Positions 1-12,700 of a stretch of DNA of 64,000 nucleotides are shown in pieces (the first letter of the stretch is position 1; every line of letters begins with the position of its first letter). The position numbers were made by a program, and so were the translations under genes. Location of the stretch: NCBI GenBank assembly GCA_009103225.1, contig RHPI01003422.1, positions 9,379-73,378 on the forward strand. The letters are read 5' to 3'. The notes under the pieces were generated by a model. The model saw only the letters and a program-made list of their open reading frames with translations. It did not search any database and had not been told where the DNA came from. The stretch comes from Chlorokybus atmophyticus (Eukaryota > Plantae > Mesostigma and Chlorokybus algae).

Positions 1-299
1 AAACTACAACTCAATTGAACCTGCGGCTTGGCTGGAGCTGCAGCTTGAGTAAAAGCTGCATATCGGCTTTCTACCAAGCAGAGCCTCAGCCAAGCCGCAG
101 CTGCAGTTTAGCTGGAGTGGTAGGTTGGGTGAAGCTCTACTTTTTTGTATTTTGTACGCTTCGGTCTGCAGCTTCAGTCAAGCAACAGCGTTAGCCAAGC
201 CGCAACTGCAACATAGCTGAAGCTGCAGCTTGGCTAAAGCTCTGCTTGCTTTGCTCTCTTTTGCAAGTGCCATGCGCTGACTGTTGGCCTTGTGCGCAG

Positions 300-2004
300 G
301 AGCTGTTGATGAAGTTAACTGCGAAGACGAGTCAGAGGCAGTCAAGAAGGCAAAGCTGGAGGAAAAGTGCTTTGCCCCTGTCGCTGACAAGCCTAGGGGA
401 CTAGAGCTAAATGGGCAAGCTTACTTGAAGAAGAAGGACGAGACACAGTGGAGAATACAGGAGGACAACCGCAAGCTTCTAAAGGAGAAGCTGTGGGCCA
501 AGTTCCCAGACCACTGTGTTGGCAGGAGCTTCAATCGGGCCGGCCCAGATTATGACATGAGGGAGGAGGTGGTGGCGGATGTAATGCAGAATCACACTCC
601 GCTGGAGATCAATGGACAGACATTGCGCTGGCCTGCAAGTAAGTAATCTGCGTCTGCCTATGTGCATGTGCGTTTATATGCCACCTGCCAGATGTCTTGT
701 GCTTCCTGCAGAATGACTACTCACTGCCTCTTGTTTGCAGAATGGATTCGTGAGCAAATCCGCCGGTTTGTGGATAATGCAAGACGGGGCCATCCATTAA
801 CGCCAGGCGAAACGGTAGGCTTGACCCGTGAGCAGCGCAAGGAGAAGATGCGCGCTGCACGCGCTGAGAAGCGCGCTGACGCAGAGGAGCCAGCTCCACG
901 CCGCTCGCGCACAGACTACGGGCTTGGCCCACATTTCACCGTTGCAGACTTTCCCTCCAGCCAAAATGCTGTGCTGCTTGCCTTGTTGACTGCTGAGCCG
1001 CCTTCTCAAGCGCAGCTGCGTGAGGACTGGGTGGCTTTCAGGTACGCCATTTATCCTCTTGCACAAGGCTTTGCACCCGCACTCGTAAGGAATTCATATG
1101 CGGCTGGTGCTGCAGACCCGCAGGAGATGCTGCAAGCACCAGCGGCAGCAGCAGCCGCAGGGTTGTGGCTGTTGGGCGCGGTCAAGTACTGGAGGTGCTT
1201 GAGCAAGAGACTCCTTGGCGCAGCTACAAAGTGAAGGTGCTGGAGTGGTACAACGCCAAGGGTATCGGTGATCAACGCGTCTACATGCCAGTACGTGACA
1301 CGGACGGGTATGCTGGCCAGCTGACCGGGGACGAGCACTTGTGCAGCAATATCTTGGTGAGCGTAGTAGAGTGTGTGCTGCGGCACAGCACATTGCAAGC
1401 GTAACTGCAAGGAAGATTGTATGCGTGACATGCAATGCGGCTGCTTGAGTGATGCAGGGACGCAGTTGTGCTTGGCCTGCATCCTTGGTAGCCCCGTCTG
1501 CAGTCTGCCCTTGCTCAGACTGCTCTTCAGGCGACTGCATTGCAGAAGTCACCCCAAGATGCGTGCGCGCGCTCGTGGTTGACAAGCGCGTGCAGCCAGA
1601 AGACCAGCATGACATCAATCAGAGGGTAAGAACGTTGCAGTGGGCTGTAACGTGTGCAGCATGCTTGCATGATGCACACTTGTAACAATTCTTGCTTGCA
1701 GATCAATCGTTGCTCTGACCACCTCATGCACTTGGCTGGCAACTGCTGCAATACCTTGTGCGCCAATGTTCCCAACCGCGAGAGCTTGCTGGAGGTGTAC
1801 ACTTCCTGGAGGGGGACATACGGGACGCAGATTGGGAGGCTGCCGAAGGAGGACCATCTGCTTGCAAAGTTCACTGACTCGCAGATCGGTCTCATGCTTG
1901 TTACATTTGCAGTCAACAAGCGCTGGCTGGTACAGGATGACTCTGGAGAAGCACGCTATGGCTGGCACTGGAATAGCCAAGCCAAGCGCCAACCCGGTCC
2001 ATAA
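300..2004 (+). CDS. Uncharacterised multi-exon protein, 5' end outside window; possibly transposon-associated
   Basis: Open frames 300-~640, ~742-1041, ~1186-1370, ~1580-1625 and ~1702-2004 are bounded by GT/AG sites (e.g. gcgcag|G at 299/300, aa|gtaagt ~638, tttgcag| ~741) and end in TAA at 2002-2004. No family recognised. Flanked by short dispersed repeats. Confidence 0.5.
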
Positions 2005-2409
2005 TTGGGTACCAAGCTGAAGACCTTCGCTCATCTTTCTTGCAGCAACCCGTCTAGCTTCCATGCAGCTTCCTTGCAGCCGCCAGTCAAGCTTCCTGCT
2101 AAAAGTCTGACTTTCTGCTAACAGTTTAGCTTGCTACCAGCAGTTAGCTTCCTGGTAGCAGTTAGCTTCTTGCAAACAATTGGAGCCTATTCTAGTACTA
2201 GTTAAGAGGACATGGTACAATGTAAACTCCATATGAGGTTAAGATTTCTTTACCAGGGAAACTGCCTGCAATTTGCCTGCATATGCCTGCTATATTGTGC
2301 TGCTAATTTTGGAATGAATGGCTGGGCCGTTATCGGCATGACTGCTGGTCCACCGAGGTCGACACACCAGGAGCTGTGCCGTCAACGGCACGACTGCTGC
2401 TGCTGCTCT

Positions 2410-2669
2410 GCCGACGTCGGCAGAAGTGCTACTGTGCCGAAGACGGCAGAAGCGCTGCTGTGCTGAAATCGGCAGAAGTGCTATTGTGCCGAAAACGGCA
2501 GGATCGTTGCTGTGCCGCAGACGGCAGAAGCGCTGTTGTGCCGAAAACGGCATAAGCGCTGATGTGCCGAAGACGGTGGGGTCGCAGCTGTGCCGAAGAC
2601 GGCAGAAGCGCTGCTGTGCCGAAGACGTTAGAAACACTGCTGTGCCGAGGTCGGCCCGACGCAGTTTGC
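2410..2669. repeat. 26-bp tandem minisatellite, about 9-10 units, consensus GCCGAAGACGGCAGAAGCGCTGCTGT
   Basis: Units start exactly every 26 nt from 2410 to 2644. Most carry a GCCG-N4-CGGC mini inverted repeat. Confidence 0.9.
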
Positions 2670-2969
2670 CCCGTCAGCGGCAGTAACCAGCTTGTGCCGG
2701 CTGACAGATGGTGACTTACGATCCTCTGCCGGCACAAAGCGACTTGTGCCGTCTTGGGAGAAGAACTGCTCGCAGAACTCGAAGGCAGGTGCCGCTGACG
2801 GCACAACTGGCTTGTGCCGAGAACGGATTTTGCTGCAGGTGCCGTGTGGGTGCATGAGGCATCATGGATGTACCAACTCTCATCACATGGTTTCATGCTG
2901 TACAGTAGTTTGCGAACATGCGTGAAAAAGGAGGTTTACAATGAGTTCGAGCAACGATGAAGGGAGACA

Positions 2970-3948
2970 CTACAGCCCCTTCCCTTGTTGGACCAAGTTG
3001 TAATGGTTATCCAGCTGCAGATGCTCAACACTGCGCGTTCAACGCGCAATCAACTTGCAGCTGGTGCGAAGCATATGCCCCTGCTTGACCGTGGTGTCTA
3101 CTTCAGTGTTGGGGGTCGTCACAATATGGTGGCACCGTATGCAATTTCGTCATAGCAGCGGCAACGGGCTTTGCACTTTTGCGACTTCAACATAAGAGCA
3201 GTTTGGAGATTGCTTGGACTTAGACGGAAGCCAAACTCCCCGCCAACATGGTCGTGGTGTTCGAGCAAGGGCAGTGTTCCCAACACGCATGCGCACAACA
3301 CAACGCTCACTAACCCACCGGCCAGCGTAAGCATGGAACTGCACCGCGCATGTGCGCGCGTGTGTACATGTGGTCGACTGTTGTGTTTGCGCGCAGGTGG
3401 ATGGTGACAAGCCGTGTGGGCCATGCCATCAGCCGCAAGTGACGCCGTGTCTGATGCAACTGTAAGGGTGTGATGGTGTGCAGCAGCATAGGTGCGGCAG
3501 TTTCAGTCCTTGCAAAGCAGAAGCTTGCCCGCATGGTACACTGTGCCTTTGGTTGCGCGAGAAGCTGTGGAGTGTTTATGGATAAGACGATACAAGCGCA
3601 GCTTCTGGGCATGGGACTCCCAAGATGGGAGAAACTCACTGAACAGACCTAACAACATGCCACCAGGTGATATGATGTAGCGCTAATTGCTTAGCAACAA
3701 GTTGGCGGCCAATCAGCCAACAAGAAACGCAACAACACACTGATAACCTGGTAAGCAGGTGATGACACTGAACATACCCTTTTGTGTTGGACGATAAGTG
3801 CTGCAAGGTGTGCAATTTAGTGGTTTGAGTATGCAAGTGGTTTTGCCCGCATCAAGTTTGCCCACTCGCTGGGGAGGAGCCTAATGCGCTTCAGCAGTCT
3901 CATTTGGCGCTGCTGGAGTTGCTCAGCAACGGCGCTCGCCACTACTAG
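2970..3948 (+). pseudogene. Decayed inverted partial copy of the 3' exons of the gene at 17606-20441
   Basis: Exon-by-exon similarity: EQFGDCLDLDGSQTP..ANMV vs EPFGDCTDLGESQTPGYLPANMV; PNTHAHNTTLTNPPAS|gtaag vs HNAHTHHTILTDRLAS|gtaag; atgccaccag|gt donor shared; last exon VLQGVQFSGL vs VLQGVQSSGL. Contains in-frame TGA/TAG, frameshifts and an internal deletion. Confidence 0.85.
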
Positions 3949-4787
3949 CTTTGCACTACTTGATGATTGCATAGGTTGAGTTGTTGATGGTGTACGTATT
4001 GCCGTACACATTGCTGTAGTTGCAACATGCATTGGTCAAGGTGTGAATCATAGTGTTGACAGATTGTATGGCTAAGTGGTGCGGTGAGTTGTACCCCACT
4101 CCCTGTGTTCAGCACTTGCGCTGCAATCACACTACCGGCAAACCCGGCTGCAGTGAGTGTAGCACCTAAGCTGGGCGTTGCTGTGGCCAACTTGCGTGTG
4201 ACGCCCACACTCAAATCTTTGTTTCAAGGACTTTTGCATTATGAGATCGCTGATGGACAATCTTTGTGCACAGAATTGCAGGTGATTGTGATGGGTGTTG
4301 ATGTGCACGGGATCGGTGTTGGACTGTACTACTGCCATCATGTACTATTGGTATGCACTATCCATACATATAGCAGGTCGTGCTTGTTGCCATTACCCAT
4401 AACCCCTCGCATCAAACGCGCTACGTGTTGAGCTTGTCATCCTTGTGCGTGTGATGCTGTGCGCATGTCCATGCACTCATGCATGCGCAAAAACTGACGT
4501 GAGACTTGTTGACGAACAGTTGACACAACAACAACGAGTGGTTGAAAAGGTTGTATATGCTGGAGAGTCGCTGTTAGTAAGCAGGCTATCACAGTACGTA
4601 TATAGGTGCCATCACAGGGCTAGATGTACACGTTCTAGTGGGCGTGTCATGCGACACGCCCACTGGAACCAGCGACATGCAACAGGCTGCATGCGCACAA
4701 CCACCTGCATGGCAAAAATTCAACGCGCCGTTGATGATGAAGGCGGCAACAATCGATGGAGGCCCTGGCCATGGATTGAAAATGGCT

Positions 4788-7700
4788 TCAATCGGTGGCT
4801 CGGCGTGCGGGATCGCACCTGACCGGGGATTGTGAAGTTGTTGTTGTTGTTGTTGTTGGGGGCTGTACGTGGACCCGTGCGGAGCCGAAGCTAGACCACC
4901 GCTGAGTGACTTCAAGTTGCGACTCGGAACTCGCAGTTGAAAAAGCGGCGAGGAGGGCTTTGCGCACTTCTGTCTTAAGCTCCTCCACATTGATAGGCTT
5001 CGAGAGGAAGCCATTCATTCCCGCCTCGTTACACGCCGCGCGGTCCGCCAACATGGCAGATGCCGTGAGGGCCAATATGGGGAGCGGGTGGCGGCATCGT
5101 GTGTCGGGGGAGACAGTAGTTGGCGGTTGGTGTTTGAGGGTAGACTCCCAGCGGCGAATCTCACGCGTGGCGTCGCAGCCGCTCAGCACGGGCATCTGCA
5201 TGTCCATCAACACGCAATCGAAGTGATGCGGGCTCGCCAGCACCGCGTCCACGGCCTCTCTCCCATCACTCACCAACTTCGCGTCCGCGCCCATCCGCAA
5301 CAACATAGCTCCCAACACACGGCGGTTGACGGCATTGTCCTGCGTGCCATTCAGAGAGTAAGACCACCCGCTAGTCACACACGCACGCACACGCGCACGC
5401 GCATGCACACGCACCTCTGCCACGAGTAGCTTGACTCCTGCGAGGGCGCATCCGTCGCGCAGAGTGCGTGTGGTGGAGTCGACGGGGCTGATGTGGTGGT
5501 CGGCGTCATCCTCGTGCTCGTTGTTTCCGGCGCCGTCCACGTTGAAGATCTTCACGCCCGCCGCGGCCAGCGCACGCCTCAGAAGCCGCGACAGACGCGC
5601 ACCGTGAAGAGGCTTGTCCGTGCATGTCGTACGAGGAATCCCACTCAGCTCCTGCACACAAAATGTTGGTCTCTCTGCACGTGTCAACTCGGGTGGGTGT
5701 TACTCAGCATTGTGTTCGCAATGGTCATACCGTGCGAATGTGCGGGTTGGCATTGTAACTGAGCAACCACGCCAGCGTACAGCTCGCAGGAACCCTCTAT
5801 GTGGCAACAACATGTCAGTCAGACACATATTCAACCATCAACAATATGAGTATGTTGTATCATAATGTGAACCAATGTGAACCAACCTTAACCAGCTGCT
5901 TGACGACGGCATCGCGATCTTCCTTGCTGTCCGGCAGCAGCACGTCATCGACGATAGCCAGCACGTAGTCCCCGCGTTCCTTGTTGTCCATTTCCGCACA
6001 TACTTCATCCCAACTGGCGGCCGCGTGCACTTCAACCCCGTGCGCTCTGAGCCAGTTAGCTGCCGCATCCCTCGCCACCGCGCCCGCTATGCCCAACAGA
6101 CACCTCACACATCTCCCGTCGCTGCTGCGCGGGGTGGTGAACGAGCACGTGTTGAAGCGCGGGGAGGAGGGCTGCGATGTGGGTGAGATGGTGTCCGGGG
6201 CGGGGATCGTGAACGGGATGCGGATGCGGAACAACGACCCACGCTGGGACCCGAGCGGCTTCGCGGCCACGTGCACACTCCCGCCCATCAGATGCACGAG
6301 AGAGCGGACGATGCCCAAACCAAGGCCGCTGCCGCCGTGCGTACGGGCCACACTCGCGTTGACCTGCGTGCGTGCATGGTGTGTATGCGTGCGTGCGTCC
6401 GCGGACGTGCAGAATACAGCTGTGGCTGATCAACCCACAGCACGTGCACAGGTAATGCATCACATTGTGGCCATCTGCAGTACCTGCACGAAGGTTTCAA
6501 ACACGGACTCCCATTTGTCGGGGGGGATGCCCACGCCGGAGTCCTCGATGTCAAACACGCACTGCTGCTTCAAAGGCGAGGTCGCACTGCCTCTGCGGGC
6601 GATGACACCTTCACCCCCGCCGCGGGTGTCAAACTTGACATCAATGACGTGTTGTTCACCACTGTTTTCGCTGCGGTTGCCATCCATGCTTGTACGGTTG
6701 CCATCCATGCTCGTGCGAGTAACAGCTGCGACGGGCTCGCAGCGCCCACGGATAACAACGTATCCCTCACTAGTAAACTTGAGCGCATTGGATAGGAGGT
6801 TGGCAAACACCTGCTTGACGCGTGTGGAGTCGCCAACAACAAGACGCGGGAGTGTGTCGTCGAGATCAACCACGAGTTGGAACTCCTTCTCGGGTCGCTT
6901 CACCGCGCACATGTCGGCCACCTGACAGATGGCGTCGTGCAGGCCGAACGGCGCGTGCTCCAGCTGCATCTTCTCTTGACCCAGTTTGTCCAAATCGAGA
7001 ATATCGTTTAAAAGTTGCAGGAGGGTCGACGTGGACTGCTTGATCTGAACAATGCTCGTGTGCTGGTCCTCGGGCAAGTTCGAATCGGCCAGGAGCAGGT
7101 CCACGAGACCCATCACAGCCGTTACGGGTGTCTGCGAGTTTGTGGAACACTTAGTCGATTGTGTGCATGCTTGCACACTGCACAAGCGCCTACAAAATCA
7201 CAGGCATACACGCGCATGCCAATGCACACATGTACGCACGCGCATGCGGATGCGTACCCGAATGTCGTGTGAGAGGCATGAGAAGAAGACCGTCTTGACC
7301 CGCGTGGCTTCTTCCGCCCGCTTCTTCTCCTCGAGGAAGCGATCGTTGGTGACCTGCAGCGCGCTCTTGAGCTTGATCTCGCTGGAGACGCGCAGCGTGA
7401 TGAGGAACGTGATGGCTGTCCCCGCCACGAAGAACCCCGCCGCGGCGATCGACAACGCCATGATCGTGGTGCGCGTGGCGCTGTCCAGCGTGCCCATGAT
7501 GGACTTGCGCGGGATGACGAGCACGATGGTCAGCTCGAGCTCCTGCACGGTGACGTTGGCCACGCTCACGCTGAACGTGCCCTCCCCAACCAGCGAGACG
7601 TCCTCCATGTCCAGCACCGTCGCGTTCAGCAGCGCACCGCCCAACCCGCTGTCGCCGTTGGTGGCGATGCGCGACGCGTTCACAACCGTCCAGTGATGGC

Positions 7701-9564
7701 TCGAGGGAGACAACGTGGCCAACTTGCGAGCTGTCGCGCGCACGAGCGGGTCGTCCGCGTCGCACGCGTTCACCGGCATGTACGCACTCCTGTCTCACGC
7801 GTCGTCAGTTTTGCACTTGAGGGGAGAGGTGGTGAACACATGCATGCAACGCAAACACGCGCACACGCACGCACCCCGTGCGGTTGCTGGTGACGTTGGT
7901 ACTCGTGGATGCGAAGAGGGTGCCGTTGGGTCCGATAGTGACGTACATAAAACCTTGCCTCAAGTCCAGCTGCTTCATGAAATTGGAGATGGTGACCAGC
8001 AGTGCCGAGTTTGTCACCACGCCCTGTCAGTCGTTACAAGACTCATGTAAACAAGGAAAACAATCTGGACAGCATGATGAACAGCATGATGAACAGATGA
8101 TGTGCACACTACACTTCACATTCACACGCACATGCTTATACCAACAAGGTGTCGTCCTCGTGTTGGCGGACGGGAACGCTGGCGACGGCCATGGGCCATC
8201 CCGCTATGGCGACGTACAGGGACCATGTGACCGTGTTGCGCATGTTGGGGATTGCCACCTGGTACGTCGTGCGGTTCGTCATTGCGAGAGGGGCTGCAGC
8301 AAGTAGATCAGTTCTGAGTGAGTCGCTTGCAACCTGGGCGGATGCATGCGTGTGTGTGTGTGTGTACGTGCGTTGACAAGCTCACCCAATCTGGTATTAA
8401 TGTACGTGCTGGATGGGTCGGGGTATCCATACACGGGGTCGAAAGTGTCCGCCGTATAAGGTAGATCACTGCGGGCACGCACACAACAGCTATGTACTCT
8501 TGCACTCGTACGTGTGCGTGCGTATGTATGTGTGCTTGCCATACTGCCCAGCCACGTTAACATAACCATCAACACACCTTCATCATGTCATGTGTTTGGC
8601 ACGCACCTGCCGTTCTTGAAGTTGAAGTGCGGCTGTGTGGACTCGAACAACTGGTTGGTGTAGGACCAGTAGTGGCTGCGTGCGGGTCCACACATCAGCC
8701 CCGTCGCTTGTTGTTGTAAGATTCACGTCGCGTGTGAATGACCATGCACGTGATTGGAAACTTACCGGTTGTCGCTCGACATGTAGCTGAGGGAGTCGAT
8801 GTGCGCATTGGTGGCGTTGGCGTTGCTGAAGTACGACCATAGCACGCTGCGCACAAACTCCATCCCTTCCGGACTGCTCGCGTTGGGTAGAAGCACGGGG
8901 TTGGCGAAGAGCGCTGCCTGCGCGGCGGCGGACCAGCCAAGCTTCTGCATGAAACTGCGCAGCCGCTCCGTTGTTTCAGAGAGGAGAGACGTGCGCACAG
9001 AGAGGGCGAAGGTGCGCACGGTGCCGCCCGTGTTGTTGGCGTACACGCGCCACGTCGTCACGCTCACGGCAAGGATCATCACAGCCAGCATCACGATCAT
9101 CACGAAACGCACCACCAACACCGCACGCACGTGACCCTTCTGGGCACGAGCAAACTCTGCACACCACACACACACACACACGTGAGGTGAGTGACTCTGT
9201 GGATGACATAAATGTCTACACATTGACGTACAACAGGCAATCTGCGATTGTTGAGAGCGCTGTGGTCTTGCCATTGCACGCATCAAGTTGCAAGTGCTGT
9301 TCGAAAGTCCCCACAGAGAGCCAATGTCACCCCCGAGCACTTTGCGGAGCGACTGCATATATGCTTGCACGTACACCATGCCTTGTTGATGTAACGCTGC
9401 TGGTTGGGGGAACAACAACAGGAGTGCGTACCTCGTGGCGTGTAGGGAAGATGCCGCACGGACAAGTCCGAACCCGGTCTCGGCACGGCCACGGGCGGGG
9501 GGCTGCCCACGCCATTGCTGCTGCGTGCCTCCTCCGCAGCACGGAGAATGTGAGAGTATGGCAT
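4788..9564 (-). CDS. Membrane-bound hybrid histidine kinase (TM - Cache-like sensor - TM - HisKA - HATPase_c - degenerate receiver - receiver), AHK1/CKI1-like
   Basis: H-box FFSCLSHDIR|TPVTAVMG; N-box QVFANLLSNALKFT; G1 EDSGVGIP; G2 THGGSGLGLGIV; receiver VAE|DNAVN..LMDMQMP..ALTASA..SKP; two hydrophobic helices (~9050-9120 and ~7400-7480). About 11 exons joined in consistent phase by eye. Confidence 0.9.
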
Positions 9565-9756
9565 TGTGTCTCCCCTCCCAAGTCCCAAAGCAACCCTACT
9601 CGCTGCTATGTGGGTTAACGTTGACTCCTCCTACAACTCGCTCCGCAACCCTCCTTCCCCTGCGCTTCACCATCAGCCGCCTCTTCGTGCGGTTCCCCCT
9701 CATCTCCTCGCTGCCTGCGTCTGACCAGGCACTTCGCCTCCCTACCCACCACCATC

Positions 9757-9788
<32 letters not shown>

Positions 9789-12700
9789 CGGACAGCCAAC
9801 CCCCCACACTTGGGCGGAGAATGGGAGGGTCAATGCCAAAAACATACGGCACGGAATTTCACGGAATAAACTGACCATCCATGGACTAGGTGAGTGTAAC
9901 GCTCCCACACTGATTGGGCACAGCCAGCCCACTCCAACTGACCAGCACTGTCGCTTCCTCAAATGTCCGCTCTATAAACGTACCGTAGGGTAAGTGTACC
10001 ATTCTTCGGACACTTTTGCCGATAAGCTTCGACTGAACGGTATACGCCACCATTTAGGGTGCCGTCACATTGGAAAATCATCTACATGAAACGGCGCAAC
10101 TTTCTGTCCAATTTTGTGGTTCATCTGGAGCAGTGCAGCGCCGGCTATGGCCTGGCACAGAACGGCGGCAGCACAGCCGGGCATCAGCCGTACTGAATTA
10201 AAATTTCGGACGACCGATGCCCACTTGCAAGAATAGCTGCCGGTTGCAACGCGCGATACCAACAGTGCTCTTCCCAAGTTAGGTACGGCGGCGTCACTTG
10301 CAGGTCACAAAAACAGTGTCGCGCACTGCTAACGGGCATGGCCGAGCCCGGTCGGGCAGCATCGTCCGAAATAACGAAATAACCGAAGTTAGGTACACTT
10401 ACCCTAGTATTGGAAAGTCTCACGTGATGCTGGCCTGTTGAGCCGTGGGGCGTCGACGGTTCATTTATTAGGCTGACCACGGACCCGTTTTCGTGCGTTT
10501 GGTACCTAAAAACAGGGAAGACCACATCATGGCTAGAGGTGTCACCCTCGAGCAAATTAGGGACAAGGGCACGGAGGGCTGCCCCGTTTCGCGCGAAACC
10601 GACTGCCGGCTTTGCTCATTGAGTGGTTTACATAACTCACTGACGCGGCTGACGCTGTGCTTTCTTTGCATTCTTGAGTGGCAGGGGGTCAGCGGCCATC
10701 GGGCAGCCCCGACGCTTCGCCGCCGTTGCTCGCCGGTTTGCTGACCGCTACAGAGCATCAACGCAGTGCGCACAACGGCGCCAGTCAAGAGCTGACACAC
10801 AGGGTCAAGCTCGGAGCCCTTGTGCAAACGGCGAAAGGCTGGCAGAATTGTCAAGAATCCTGGCGGTTTGGTGTATGAAGCTTGAGCCCACAGCTCTTCT
10901 GCTTCTCACAGCTACTACCGCATCAGCCTGAATACGGTCGTTATGCGCATACAACCCCACCCCCCAAATCAATGGAGGGTGTTGTAGGGCGGGGAGCATC
11001 CGCACAAATACGGAAAGCTACCTACTGACCTCAGGTAAGTTGCCTGCATGTGTTGTTGAGAACAATCCAAGATCTCCAAGGTGCATGCATAACCAATTAT
11101 GGAGTTGCTTAGCTAGCAACCTTAAGCAAAAGCTCACAATGCGGGCAATGTGCCAGCTTACTGCATAGGCACATCAAGCGATTACATGGATGGTATCATA
11201 GACACAACACATTCGCCCGCTAATCTTCAAGAGATATAAAAGAAGACAGCAGGCATACAGCTTAGCGTGCAGCAAGGTCAACCTGCAAAGCACATTAATG
11301 TAAATATATATAAGCATTCTCACATGCATCATATATTGTACTAGTTAACTGTTTTTGAAAGAGACCTTATTTGCGTTTTGTTTGATGTGCAATATTGTTT
11401 TCCGCTAGCTATCGTATGTGATAACCATCACAAACTGCTATTTGCATCAATTATCCACCTCATTTTTATGTTGTCGTAAGGGAAGCTAAAAACAAACAGG
11501 CAGACATTGGCAAGTATCGTGCAAGCTTGAGGTTAAGATTGGATCACGAGCAACATACAACATTGCTGTATCACTTTGTCACATGAAACATACAACCAGC
11601 ATTGAATGATTCCGCTTTATTTGCTATATACTTGAGGAGTTTAAAGCTTAGCTATGGTCAACTATATGTGTGCGTCGCTGAAAGAAGTTGGAGGAGATTG
11701 CGAAGGGTAGAAATCACGAGATTATACTTTTTGGGAGGCAGGTGTAATATCGTTGTGCATGGTGCCACGCACTCCAATCCATGACCACATGCGTGCACAT
11801 CAATCCACCACATACCCGTGTTATGAACATGACAATGTTTATGATGGCGCACTGGCAAACGACCGGTTGCACCATTCAATAAGCACTTAAATAAATGCGC
11901 ATGGATTGTGGCAACATTGAGCAACTTTGCAGTTGATCACATTGTATGCCGCCACACCCTATTCTTAAGGCAAGGAAAACAGGGGCCAAGCGAACCGCAA
12001 ACCCCCCCATCATAGCATGGACAAGCAAATTACGCAGTCAATCAACATAGCAGCACAGCAATATTCTAACACTAGACCAAGCTATATTGCTACTTGCTCC
12101 ACGCTGCTTTGCTACTTGCTGCTGATTGTCGCTCGATGATTAAGTCATGCGCCAAAGCTTGCACATAACTGCATAGGGCACGCGCAACATTACACACGCG
12201 CATATTCCAAACTTCGCGACTTCAGACTCTGGAGGCCAGTCAACCTTGCCTACTTGCGGTTCTAACACATCATCAATGTCTAAATATGCTATCTACTACT
12301 ACTACTACTATCTGTGGCGCTGCTGTTTCAGGTGGGGCACTTGTCATGCTCTGCCACTTTGCTGGGCGTGCTGCTGTTGGGCCCCAACACCACGCCATTA
12401 TTACTGTCGCTGCTACTATGCTTGCTGCCACTAACAGCTAATTGTCATTGTCCGTTTGGCAGAGATGCAAACCCTACAACTGCTTGCTATTGCTGTTGTA
12501 TGCAGTGATATGATGTGCTGACATCTAGCTTACGTCCCATCAGTGTCGTTGCATATGCTATAGGGGGCTGTCTCTGTGTACAGGATACATGACGTGCTAT
12601 GTATGCAAGGTAGCAAGCAGACAGCACCGGCCAATTACCTGCAGTGGCAGCGCTAATCATGCGGCAGGCAATGCATCTCAGCCTACCACCCCTTAAGAGA

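Noticed and set aside
2410-2669. CRISPR-like array
   Set aside because: Units are head-to-tail with no unique spacers, there are no cas genes, and the context is eukaryotic.
7190-7798. Long alternative-frame and antisense ORFs over the kinase, GAPA, NOP58 and giant gene
   Set aside because: Expected shadows of GC-rich codon usage in real exons.
9900-11040. GC-richer stretch with short ORFs upstream of the kinase
   Set aside because: No motif, splice-consistent model or terminal repeats; cannot be assigned.
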